Below, in pieces: positions 1 to 7,726 of a DNA stretch of 20,774 nucleotides (positions within the stretch are counted from its first letter, which is position 1; each line of letters opens with the position of its first letter). The notes beneath the pieces were generated by a model. That model saw only the letters and a program-made list of their open reading frames with translations, ran no database searches and had not been told where the DNA came from. The DNA comes from an uncultured virus (IMG/VR IMGVR_UViG_2657245648_000004) (lineage: Duplodnaviria > Heunggongvirae > Uroviricota > Caudoviricetes): IMG/VR virus record IMGVR_UViG_2657245648_000004, one strand, 5' to 3'. The translations under genes and the position numbers were made by a program.

Positions 1-80
1 GCATCTGGTGATGGCTGGTCCACATTGAAATATTCAACATTTTGCACTAACTCTTGAAGGGTTTGCGGTTGCTTTGTCAT
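1..80 (-). CDS. 5' part of a hypothetical head-region phage protein (MTKQPQTLQELVQNVEYFNVDQPSPD...), runs off the window edge
   Basis: Manual translation; ATG at 80 preceded by SD-like TGAGGT; frame open to position 1. Confidence 0.7.
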   Translation of the reverse strand, partial: MTKQPQTLQELVQNVEYFNVDQPSPD

Positions 81-93
81 GATGACCTCACAT

Positions 94-115
94 AAAAAAA
101 GCACCCGAAGGTGCT
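94..115 (-). terminator. Rho-independent terminator
   Basis: Minus strand AGCACC-UUCG-GGUGC followed by U7. Confidence 0.85.
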
Positions 116-129
116 ATGGTTGAAGTTTT

Positions 130-237
130 TTAGCGTTTCCGCTTTAAGTAATCTTTAAAATGTTTTTTTCTTTGCCAGTAGATAAGCCCACTGACAATTA
201 AAATTGATACAAAGATAAATTCTGGACTAATACTCAT
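130..237 (-). CDS. 35-aa small membrane protein (MSISPEFIFVSILIVSGLIYWQRKKHFKDYLKRKR)
   Basis: Not in ORF track; manual translation; SD TAAGGA before ATG; single hydrophobic segment plus basic tail; followed by terminator. Confidence 0.65.
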   Translation of the reverse strand: MSISPEFIFVSILIVSGLIYWQRKKHFKDYLKRKR

Positions 238-272
238 AATCCTTACCTATTAAAAATCTACATAAACTTTCG

Positions 273-503
273 CTACGTTTCCTTTACTTGAGTTGGTCTT
301 GGCTCATCGCTTACCAAGCGAATACCATTAACACCATAAGCTTCGAAAGTTACTGTTATTGTGGCTGGTCCATCACTAGCATTACTGTTCATCTGTACTG
401 CTCTTTGACCAGCTAATGGCAAACCAGTTTCTTCATCACAAATAACTAAGTAACCTTTTAAGGTTGGGTGACGCTTAAGCACTAAATGTCTTGATTCACT
501 CAT
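273..503 (-). CDS. Hypothetical phage protein
   Basis: ATGA overlap with the minor head gene; 76 aa. Confidence 0.75.
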   Translation of the reverse strand: MSESRHLVLKRHPTLKGYLVICDEETGLPLAGQRAVQMNSNASDGPATITVTFEAYGVNGIRLVSDEPRPTQVKET

Positions 504-1606
504 AAGCCCAAATCCTTAAATATTTGTTCATCTAACATTCGAAGTTGGTCCAGTGTATAAAGTCTCCCATCTGGATCGAAGAACTTATCAAATTCAAATT
601 TCCCTTCTTTAAAGAGCTTGAAACGCTTAGGCCCTAACCATTCTTTCTGAAAGAAGTCATCTGTCTTCTTAAAGAACTCTTTAAATGTTGTATTTGCATC
701 CAGTTGGCCGATAAGTTGGCTTCTCTCGTCCTTAGGGATGTCTTTAACTCTTCGCTCATCCATCACAAATGGGCGCTCTCCCACTAATCGCCCATCTTTC
801 TCAACTGGTACTAAGATGCTGCGACAATTAGGATGTAACGGCGGTATCCGTTTTGCTGGGTCGTTTATTTCCCAAACGGTACCATCCAGTGAGGCGCAAA
901 GTTTTGATGTTCTACCATCCAACGTTGCAACCAATCGAACATATTCAAAGCCTATCTGGTTGAAGCTATTTAGATATGCTTGATTGGCTACATGACTTCT
1001 AACCGTTCTTACCGTCCGATCGATATCAGACTTACTGCTGGTTAAGATGCCATCTTCATAATTGAGGCGCTTAGTCCCACCAATGCGCTGAACAATTTCT
1101 TGATTCGTTTTACCTGAGCTAATCCCATCTCGAATAGCATATTCAACCTTTTGACGGGCGCTTTCAGCCAACTTAGTTAAAAGGTCATCGACCAAGGCTC
1201 CGCCAACTAAAGGAACCTTTTTAGCCGCCTTATAAAGCTTGTCACCATTAGGCTGTTTAATCTTTCCGCCGTACAACTTCGCTGTGTAATTAGCCTCATA
1301 TACCGCTAATGCTGTAGCTGAAACAGCAAATGCTTCAGGTAATGAAGTATTTATTACCGTAAACCACTGAGAGATTAGGTCCCGAATCTCTTTGAGGTTT
1401 GTAGTTGTATATTGACCACTAGCAAGTGCTGCTTTTTCAGAATCACTCAACTCATCTAACAAATCTCTAAGTTTTGCCAGCATTACAGCCGATTCATCAT
1501 GAAAAATCTTTAGTAAATCATTCACTGACTGAGAAGAAACCCGGTATAAATAAGCCTGGTGTTGTGTAAGCACTTCAATCAATGATTTTTCGATATTTGA
1601 AGCCAT
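500..1606 (-). CDS. Minor head/head morphogenesis protein (SPP1 gp7 / Mu gpF family)
   Basis: ATLDGRTSKLC...PPLHPNCRS motif; immediately downstream of portal. Confidence 0.93.
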   Translation of the reverse strand: MASNIEKSLIEVLTQHQAYLYRVSSQSVNDLLKIFHDESAVMLAKLRDLLDELSDSEKAALASGQYTTTNLKEIRDLISQWFTVINTSLPEAFAVSATALAVYEANYTAKLYGGKIKQPNGDKLYKAAKKVPLVGGALVDDLLTKLAESARQKVEYAIRDGISSGKTNQEIVQRIGGTKRLNYEDGILTSSKSDIDRTVRTVRSHVANQAYLNSFNQIGFEYVRLVATLDGRTSKLCASLDGTVWEINDPAKRIPPLHPNCRSILVPVEKDGRLVGERPFVMDERRVKDIPKDERSQLIGQLDANTTFKEFFKKTDDFFQKEWLGPKRFKLFKEGKFEFDKFFDPDGRLYTLDQLRMLDEQIFKDLGL

Positions 1607-1614
1607 TTAACACC

Positions 1615-2955
1615 TCATAGTGGACCGCTATCCTTCTCACTTTCTATCCGCTTTAACTCTTCCTGATAATCATGACCAGGTAATTTTCCTGTAGCGATAT
1701 ACTCCCAATATGTTTGGAATGAATTTTTTCCAGAAATAGCACCCTCATAAAGTTGCTTGGCCAAATTAATGTCATATTTCTGAACAATAAATTCAGGCTC
1801 TACAGTAAAGGTGTATTTTGAAGGATCTAGCTTTAGCCACTGTGCAGCATATTTAATAGCTTGCTCAATTGCTTCAGCTGCACACATTACAATGCTGTGC
1901 AAACTCGCATGCTGGTCATCCTGACGTGCACGGCGAGCTTCACCTGATTCTTGAGTATTGGTATCGATAACTTTTGCACCTGCTTCAAGTGCTGCGTTCT
2001 TTTGCGCTTCCATTTCTTTTTTTGTAAGCTCAATCCCATTACCCGAAATTTCCAAGTAACCACACTGAGATTCACCTGGTAGATCCCATACAGCCATAAC
2101 CCCAGTAACACTAATATCAGTATCATCATCTAAACCATTAATCCAAGGTTGAGGGTGTGCTGTATGGTGAAGTGACTGGAAGTAGTCAGCACTAAGCTGG
2201 TAATACTTAAGTGCAGCTTTGGCCATTGTTAGTAATGGTACTGTGCCAACTTGTGGGGAGTTATCGTTGGTACCGCAAAAGACAAATGGTGTAAAAGCAA
2301 GTTTATTACCGCCAAGATCTGGTGTTTTATCTTCTTCAGTAGAGCCATCAAACAAACGAACTGTTAAAGCACCTTCCCGCATAGCTAAAACGCGGTGGAC
2401 CGTCTTTGTATCGTGCCCGAACTCATCTTCGCTATTATCAAATTGCTCCTCAAGCACTAACAGTTTTAGATCCTTTCGACCACCAATGCTATTTTCCTTC
2501 CAGTTAATAATGGATAACGCATCATATAGAGCGAAGTATGGAACACCGTTAGCATCTACATCGACAAGCAAGCCACAGCGGCCATATTCGAGTAACTCTA
2601 GGCAAATACGAATAAAGAGCTGTTTTAATCCAAATCCGTCATTTGTAGCATTCTCTACCAAACCTTTTAGTAGAGAACTTTCAATTACGATGTTAGGTTC
2701 AAGCTTTGAAACCAAACCAATCATCGTACGCAGCGAGTCCTGAACCCATAATGGATACTGAGCACGGCTTAGATAAGCCTTGTAGATCTCCCCTGTAGTA
2801 TCACCCTGCTTTTCAGCCTCAATCATCCCTGCTGATTTAGGGAGATACTTGGTTTGTGCTTGTTTGATTTCCTCTTCACCAGCAACGGCATCGCGCATAA
2901 TCAACCAGGCTTTTTGCGCAGCAAGATACTGCGGATGTTTATCAGTAACTGCCAT
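1615..2955 (-). CDS. Portal protein (DUF4055-type)
   Basis: 446 aa between TerL and minor head; YLPK...Y..YL.RA N-terminus and Y..SADY...LH motif typical of DUF4055 portals. Confidence 0.88.
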   Translation of the reverse strand: MAVTDKHPQYLAAQKAWLIMRDAVAGEEEIKQAQTKYLPKSAGMIEAEKQGDTTGEIYKAYLSRAQYPLWVQDSLRTMIGLVSKLEPNIVIESSLLKGLVENATNDGFGLKQLFIRICLELLEYGRCGLLVDVDANGVPYFALYDALSIINWKENSIGGRKDLKLLVLEEQFDNSEDEFGHDTKTVHRVLAMREGALTVRLFDGSTEEDKTPDLGGNKLAFTPFVFCGTNDNSPQVGTVPLLTMAKAALKYYQLSADYFQSLHHTAHPQPWINGLDDDTDISVTGVMAVWDLPGESQCGYLEISGNGIELTKKEMEAQKNAALEAGAKVIDTNTQESGEARRARQDDQHASLHSIVMCAAEAIEQAIKYAAQWLKLDPSKYTFTVEPEFIVQKYDINLAKQLYEGAISGKNSFQTYWEYIATGKLPGHDYQEELKRIESEKDSGPL

Positions 2956-2966
2956 AAAAAAACACC

Positions 2967-2990
2967 AAAAAAAAGCACCTGAAGAGGTGC
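2967..2990 (-). terminator. Rho-independent terminator between terL and portal
   Basis: Minus strand GCACCU-CUUC-AGGUGC followed by U8. Confidence 0.75.
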
Positions 2991-2995
2991 GTTGT

Positions 2996-4288
2996 TTAAT
3001 GAGAATAACCAGCGATTGTGCGCCGTTTAAATACTTTCTGAATGATGATCGGGAACCGTTTAGCTATTGGGTAGCCACCAGCATCACCCACATGGTCCAA
3101 GCCAGCGCTTTTATCTGGCATTCCAAAATCATCATAAACTTGCTGTTCTAAAGTGGCCGTAAAGTTAGGACATTTGTTTGTGTTCACTTTTAGGTGTCGT
3201 TCACCGTCCGCATTAAGGATCTGTGCATTCACAGCATTAATTCGATCTTTAATGCTTGGGTTTACACCATTCACTTCAACCTTAAAACCATTTTTCTTTA
3301 AAATTGCATGATCAGATTCACTGAAGTTCTTTGATGAGGTCGCTTGACCTGAAGCATCAGGAACCACCGTAATATCATGCTCAGGAAAACGCTCTATAAT
3401 CAACTGACACATAGTCGGTGTATCCCTTACACCCACCAATTCATCTAAAGCTCTTGGTTTCCCTTCCCTTATGACATAAACAACTGCAGCCATTTTTAGA
3501 ACGTTAAAGTCCATTCCAATGAGTAACGGCTCACCTTCCTTAATTTCTTCGTCCGTGTGATTTTTAACTCGATCAAAGTCCGGGTAAACAGCGCCACTCG
3601 TTAAGTTGACAAATTGCCCTCTCAGATAAGCTGAAATCAATTGTGGAGGATATGACTCATAAAGGGATGAAATATAATCATCTGGAAGGTTAGCTTCATT
3701 GTCATAGGTTGAAGCCTGAATCATTCCATATAACTTTCGCTTAGCCGGTGTTTTATTTGCCTCTTTAACGAATTGTTCGTAGGTAAATTTAAAGCCTTCA
3801 GGTGTTGTGGCAACATCAATACCATTGAGCAAACCAGCTTGCTTATAACGCATACGTGCGATGATCTTACGCCAAGCCTGTTGTGCTTTGACTTTGGCCA
3901 TCACATCAAGCTCATCAATCAAAGCATGGCCAATTTTAAAACCTACAATGGTTGCTGGTTTCTCCATAGATCGACAGATGATTGTTGTTCGATACTGACG
4001 TCCATAATAGATATCCACCTCTTTATTGGTTTCATAGACCTTAGTTTTCAGTCCCCAATCGAAAGCAACTTCATCAATGGTTGGAAAGAAAATATCCCGA
4101 ATCTGCGGGTAAGTTGGAGCAAAATAACCTAAAGGCACCTTGGGAAACTCCCAAGCTTTATTACACAAACTAGAGCAACCGACCCAAGTCTTACCAGATC
4201 CAAAGCCCGCCACAAATGCACGAAACTTTTTCTCCATCTGTAAAAAATTAGCCTGAGGTACATTCAGCGTCGGATTGATGTTCGGCAT
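2996..4288 (-). CDS. terL: Terminase large subunit
   Basis: Walker A GFGSGKT, Walker B LIDE, nuclease GMDFN and DHVGDA. Start placed at MPNINP (4288); ORF track extends to 4303. Confidence 0.95.
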   Translation of the reverse strand: MPNINPTLNVPQANFLQMEKKFRAFVAGFGSGKTWVGCSSLCNKAWEFPKVPLGYFAPTYPQIRDIFFPTIDEVAFDWGLKTKVYETNKEVDIYYGRQYRTTIICRSMEKPATIVGFKIGHALIDELDVMAKVKAQQAWRKIIARMRYKQAGLLNGIDVATTPEGFKFTYEQFVKEANKTPAKRKLYGMIQASTYDNEANLPDDYISSLYESYPPQLISAYLRGQFVNLTSGAVYPDFDRVKNHTDEEIKEGEPLLIGMDFNVLKMAAVVYVIREGKPRALDELVGVRDTPTMCQLIIERFPEHDITVVPDASGQATSSKNFSESDHAILKKNGFKVEVNGVNPSIKDRINAVNAQILNADGERHLKVNTNKCPNFTATLEQQVYDDFGMPDKSAGLDHVGDAGGYPIAKRFPIIIQKVFKRRTIAGYSH

Positions 4289-4763
4289 CTTTTTTACTCG
4301 CATCTACAACTTGAATGGTCACCTTAACTGGTGTTGGATCATCTTCCCCTTCGCCCTCTCTCAACTTCTCAATTTCAAGCTGTTTCAACTCAAGAGTTAA
4401 AAGCATCAGGTCATGGCCTTGCATTTCTTCCCGGACTTGTTTAATAACTCCTTGCTTCATCAACCTGTTATTTTTCCAGCCCTCATAAATATTCTGGAGT
4501 TCCCTTAGGCGATAGGCTTTATTGGCCAGGGGAATGTCATATACATTCTTTTGGAAATCTGCCCTGGTCTTATTAAACAAAGTAATAAGTTTCTTACTTA
4601 AGTTTTTCCCCGTTGCTTTTGTTGGGTCATACGCCTCACATTGTCTTCGGTCAATTTCTATGCCAAATCTTTGTTTGACAGCATCCGCTACTTGTTGAGG
4701 GGTATCAAAGCAGGCAAGAGACTGAACTATAAAGATTTTCACAGGCTCTTTAAGCGCCGCCAT
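4248..4763 (-). CDS. terS: Terminase small subunit (DUF2280 family)
   Basis: MAALKEPVKIFIVQSLACFDTP..VADAVK and IPLANKAYRLREL motifs; overlaps terL; SD GGGGAG before ATG 4763. Confidence 0.85.
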   Translation of the reverse strand: MAALKEPVKIFIVQSLACFDTPQQVADAVKQRFGIEIDRRQCEAYDPTKATGKNLSKKLITLFNKTRADFQKNVYDIPLANKAYRLRELQNIYEGWKNNRLMKQGVIKQVREEMQGHDLMLLTLELKQLEIEKLREGEGEDDPTPVKVTIQVVDASKKDAEHQSDAECTSG

Positions 4764-4801
4764 ACTCCCCCCTTCGTCCAACTACGTCCAACAACATAGG
4801 C

Positions 4802-4823
4802 AAAAAAAAGAGCCGCTAGGCTC
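4802..4823 (-). terminator. Rho-independent terminator after the metallopeptidase gene
   Basis: Minus strand GAGCC-UAGC-GGCUC followed by U8. Confidence 0.75.
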
Positions 4824-5460
4824 AGTTGATTACACAATTTCCGCAGCATCTTGAAATATCTAAATCTGAAACAAACGGCGGATTCTTCGTAGCTTCAACT
4901 AAACGTTTTACGCTCTTACTTGGTCCCCACCGTTTGACAACACCAATGAACTCTTCGACATCGTGCCCAGCCAAATAGTGCTTAGGTAATCCTGTAGAAC
5001 TACTGAAGAGCATTTCTCCATCCTCATCTCGCTCTACGCCAATGTGATAAAGTTCATGCTCAATCAAAGCACAAAACTCGGTATCGTTTGCCTTATCGCA
5101 AAACCCACCATCGATGGTAATTAAATAGGTCGGTACAAATCCGAACCAATCTACCATTTGTTGTTCTTGTCTTGCTTTACGCCAGCCACCGACGTTAAAC
5201 ATAACTTTTTCACATTGCCCAAGTACCATTGCGTGTTTGCTTTTATATGCTGAAGAAGCCCAGGCAAAAGCTAAAAACTCATCTTGATCATGAAGTATTT
5301 CCGCAATGTGGTCATGATCAGGGTTGTGAAGTGGACCACCGATTGTAAGAAAGTTTGCTATAACCCATGCTCTTAATTCTGGTGCCGGTATTAAACGAAT
5401 AGCTTTCTCATTTTCCGATTGATCAAGAAAGTCCGTTGGAGGGAATGGTCTGATCTCCAT
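4822..5460 (-). CDS. Putative phage metallopeptidase
   Basis: HELYH (HEXXH) plus HDVEEF motif; this family commonly lies just upstream of terS. Confidence 0.85.
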   Translation of the reverse strand: MEIRPFPPTDFLDQSENEKAIRLIPAPELRAWVIANFLTIGGPLHNPDHDHIAEILHDQDEFLAFAWASSAYKSKHAMVLGQCEKVMFNVGGWRKARQEQQMVDWFGFVPTYLITIDGGFCDKANDTEFCALIEHELYHIGVERDEDGEMLFSSSTGLPKHYLAGHDVEEFIGVVKRWGPSKSVKRLVEATKNPPFVSDLDISRCCGNCVIN

Positions 5461-5890
5461 TAAATATTTGCCTCTTTAAATTTTCGAGCCACTGACTAGC
5501 AAAATGAGCTTGGATCTGCAAAGGGCCTGATTCATTGATTTTGAATCTAGCTGCAGATTCCAATCGAACAATCGTATACCCCATATCATGAGCTGCATCC
5601 TCACGATCTAAGTCATAAGAAATTTGTTTTCTTTTTCTTCCCGCTGACCAAGGGCCGCCAGCAATATCAACTAAAATTTTGTACTCAATTAAATAAAAAT
5701 CAAAGCGCCAATGTTTTGTTGTTTTAAACTGGAAGTTCTTTTCATATTTGATTTTTAAAATATCTAAAGCCTTTGTAAATTCTTCTTCTGCTTTTAAATA
5801 TTTCTCGGTGGCTTTAGGTAATGGCCGGCTTTTGGATTTCGTTTTAATCTCCTTTTTTCTTGTTAGGCCAAAGTAATCTTTAATGTCCAT
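5423..5890 (-). CDS. PD-(D/E)xK-like (DUF559/Vsr-like) nuclease-fold protein, possibly degenerate
   Basis: WRFDFYL...KILVDIAGGPW...GYTIVR pattern resembling DUF559-type RFDF..i.vE.dG. Confidence 0.6.
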   Translation of the reverse strand: MDIKDYFGLTRKKEIKTKSKSRPLPKATEKYLKAEEEFTKALDILKIKYEKNFQFKTTKHWRFDFYLIEYKILVDIAGGPWSAGRKRKQISYDLDREDAAHDMGYTIVRLESAARFKINESGPLQIQAHFASQWLENLKRQIFNGDQTIPSNGLS

Positions 5891-6053
5891 ATAAGGCGGT
5901 CCGTAAATTTTTGACCTGTGTTTTTAAACGAAGAATTATTCTATCGATAACTAACATCTCATCACGGCTTAGACCTGTACGCGACAAGTTTTGATAACGC
6001 TCCAATTCTAAGGAAACTTTATCAAGGTTTTTTTTACCTTCGTTTTTATCCAT
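5880..6053 (-). CDS. 57-aa hypothetical protein (MDKNEGKKNLDKVSLELERYQNLSRTGLSRDEMLVIDRIILRLKTQVKNLRTALYGH)
   Basis: Not in ORF track; fills the gap exactly and overlaps the next start; helical pattern. Confidence 0.7.
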   Translation of the reverse strand: MDKNEGKKNLDKVSLELERYQNLSRTGLSRDEMLVIDRIILRLKTQVKNLRTALYGH

Positions 6054-6060
6054 ATACTGC

Positions 6061-6258
6061 TCACTTATGTTTGTTTAGACGACGAGCAATAAGGCGTTTC
6101 TTCTTTTGGCTTAATTTATTGGGCTTGCTTTTCACACTATTTAATTTATTTACAAATGGTGAAGCTTCACCCATAGCAGCAGCCATAGCTGTTAAAGCAC
6201 TAAAATTAAAAGCCATTAATCCTGTTGCTGCAGCTAACATTAATCGACGCATACGCAT
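6061..6258 (-). CDS. Small hypothetical protein, Ala-rich hydrophobic N-half and basic C-tail
   Basis: SD GGAG before ATG; co-oriented with the late operon. Confidence 0.7.
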   Translation of the reverse strand: MRMRRLMLAAATGLMAFNFSALTAMAAAMGEASPFVNKLNSVKSKPNKLSQKKKRLIARRLNKHK

Positions 6259-6270
6259 TTATATGTCTCC

Positions 6271-6310
6271 AAAAGAAAAAGCCCCTCCAATAACCATATT
6301 TTAGAGGGGC
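6271..6310 (-). terminator. Rho-independent terminator downstream of the methylase
   Basis: Minus strand GCCCCUCUAA...UUGGAGGGGC followed by UUUUUCUUUU. Confidence 0.75.
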
Positions 6311-6358
6311 CGTTTGTGCCGTATTTATCACGGCAAACTTACAAACCAAATTATGAAA

Positions 6359-7129
6359 TTAGTAATTCATAATTATTAGTTCATTGCTTTTCTTACTCTT
6401 GGCTGCCGAATCACGACCAATAGAGTAATTAATTGAAGTAACTGCAAAATTAAAACCCTTAAAGATTTCACGAATCTTTTCATGGTCATTAATTGAAAGC
6501 ATTACCTTCCCTTTGGAGTTCTTCATTTTTTCAGAGAGCAATTCATATTGGTCAATAGGAAAATCCACGCCATAACCAGCAGTATCTAAATACGGCGGAT
6601 CCGCGTAAAAGAAAGTATGTTCCCGGTCATATTTATCAAAGCAAACATCCCATGACAAATTTTCAATATAGACCCCATTCAACCGCAAATGTGCTGCACT
6701 CAAATACTCCTCAATCCTTAAAAGATTTAAGGACCTGCCAGTTGTGTTATAACCAAAAGTTTGACCAGAAACTTTCCCACCAAATGCATGCTGCTGAAGA
6801 TAATAAAATCTTGCTGCACGCTGAATATCTGTAAGAGTGTCTGGTACTTTCAGTTTTTCCCATTCAAAAATCTGGCGGCTAGATATGCACCATTTAAATT
6901 GCCTTACAAACTCTTCTAAATGATTTTGAACAACTCGATAAAGGTTTACGAGCTCACCATTTAGATCATTTATAACTTCTGTCTTTGCCTGGTCTTCTCT
7001 TAAGAAAAATAGAGCAGCTCCACCGCAAAACAATTCCACATAACACGAATGCTCCGGGAATTTACTCAACAAATCCTTAGCTAAACGGGTTTTACCACCT
7101 TGCCATGGAATTATTGGCTTTGATTTCAT
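6359..7129 (-). CDS. DNA N6-adenine methyltransferase, D12/Dam family (alpha order); target unknown
   Basis: PWQGGK (motif X), ELFCGGAA (motif I), EVIND, DPPY (motif IV). Start at MKSKP (7129) with SD CAGGA. Confidence 0.93.
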   Translation of the reverse strand: MKSKPIIPWQGGKTRLAKDLLSKFPEHSCYVELFCGGAALFFLREDQAKTEVINDLNGELVNLYRVVQNHLEEFVRQFKWCISSRQIFEWEKLKVPDTLTDIQRAARFYYLQQHAFGGKVSGQTFGYNTTGRSLNLLRIEEYLSAAHLRLNGVYIENLSWDVCFDKYDREHTFFYADPPYLDTAGYGVDFPIDQYELLSEKMKNSKGKVMLSINDHEKIREIFKGFNFAVTSINYSIGRDSAAKSKKSNELIIMNY

Positions 7130-7160
7130 AAAAATTTTCCTGTGCAAAAGCTTACATTTT

Positions 7161-7169
7161 TGATAGCCT
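7161..7169 (+). promoter_or_regulatory. Candidate extended -10 promoter for an antisense RNA to the methylase leader
   Basis: TG-A-TAGCCT; TGTGCA lies 17 bp upstream of the -10. Confidence 0.4.
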
Positions 7170-7175
7170 TCACCG

Positions 7176-7313
7176 GTCGTGTGCACGATAGGCTGGGCTT
7201 GCTTTTGACAGGCTAAGGCTGTCAGGAGGTCGAGGTACTGTTACCGCAGTACTTCGTCCCCAGTTTTACTCGATACAAAAAACTCGGTCTCCATTTGGAA
7301 CCGAGTTTTTTTT
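7176..7313 (+). ncRNA. Candidate structured antisense sRNA in the methylase leader
   Basis: Hairpins 7177-7188, 7206-7224, 7231-7256; closing stem 7193-7197/7259-7263; G.U pairs favour the + strand; ends in hairpin plus U8. Confidence 0.5.
7277..7313. terminator. Bidirectional terminator hairpin, repeat copy 1
   Basis: A6-CTCGGTCTCCATTTGGAACCGAG-T8. Confidence 0.8.
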
Positions 7314-7315
7314 AT

Positions 7316-7546
7316 TTATTTATTTTCTAATGCAGTTACACGCGTCTGAACTGCATTTAAGCCATTATTCAAAGTAGTGATTGAACTCCCCTGGCTTGTA
7401 TTCACCCCTTCAACACTCGTAACTCGGGTTGTCAAAGCATTAACTGCTGAAGCATCAGCTTTGTTGCTAACAGTTCCTTGAAGAGCTGTTACTTTTGTTT
7501 TAAGAGCATTAATTTCATTCTCTAATTCTGCGTTTGTCATAGTCAT
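7316..7546 (-). CDS. 76-aa coiled-coil protein resembling tail-fibre/tail-tip coiled-coil repeats
   Basis: Heptads throughout; KADASAVNALTTRVTSVEG..TSQGSSITTL motif; SD AGGA. Confidence 0.75.
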   Translation of the reverse strand: MTMTNAELENEINALKTKVTALQGTVSNKADASAVNALTTRVTSVEGVNTSQGSSITTLNNGLNAVQTRVTALENK

Positions 7547-7577
7547 GCTGTTTTTCCTAGAAGCAATATTAAAAAAT

Positions 7578-7612
7578 AAAAAAACTCGGTCTCCGTATGG
7601 ATCCGAGCTTTT
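7578..7612. terminator. Terminator hairpin, repeat copy 2 (direct repeat of 7277-7313)
   Basis: A7-CTCGGTCTCCGTATGGATCCGAG-CTTTT; 4 mismatches to copy 1 over 33 nt. Confidence 0.7.
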
Positions 7613-7623
7613 ATGAGGGCAAT

Positions 7624-7653
7624 AAAAAAGCCCACCTATTTAGATGAGCTTTT
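7624..7653 (-). terminator. tR'-like terminator downstream of the late promoter
   Basis: Minus strand GCUCAUCUA-AA-UAGGUGGGC followed by U6. Confidence 0.75.
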
Positions 7654-7685
7654 AAATTCATTTTGGTCTAATTTATACTTCGACC

Positions 7686-7726
7686 AATTTAATAAAACTA
7701 TACCGTAATTAACGAAAAAGTGGAAA
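7686..7726 (-). promoter_or_regulatory. pR'-like late promoter with possible sigma-dependent pause element
   Basis: Minus strand TTTCCA-18-TATAGT (-10 at 7697-7702), then TAAATT near +1; directly after the Q-position gene. Confidence 0.5.

Noticed and set aside
738..4132. Plus-strand ORFs 738-983, 2219-2743, 2849-3151, 3773-4132 and nested minus ORF 1887-2129
   Set aside because: Shadows of well-supported head, portal and terminase genes; no motifs or RBS.
5423..7129. Methylase plus nuclease-like gene as a type II restriction-modification pair
   Set aside because: Separated by a terminator and two ORFs; the nuclease-fold gene looks like a packaging-adjacent phage gene, not a REase.
7130..7186. 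N-terminal extension of the methylase or a Com-like leader ORF
   Set aside because: Homology motifs begin at MKSKP with its own SD; no CxxC...CxxC ORF fits in the leader.
7176..7265. tRNA gene
   Set aside because: Multi-stem, but lacks a T-loop GTTCRA, a D-loop GG pattern and a 7-bp acceptor stem.
7277..7612. Hairpin direct repeats as a CRISPR mini-array or integron attC sites
   Set aside because: Only two copies ~300 bp apart with a gene between; no cas genes; no RYYYAAC/GTTRRRY attC ends; A/T tracts fit terminators.
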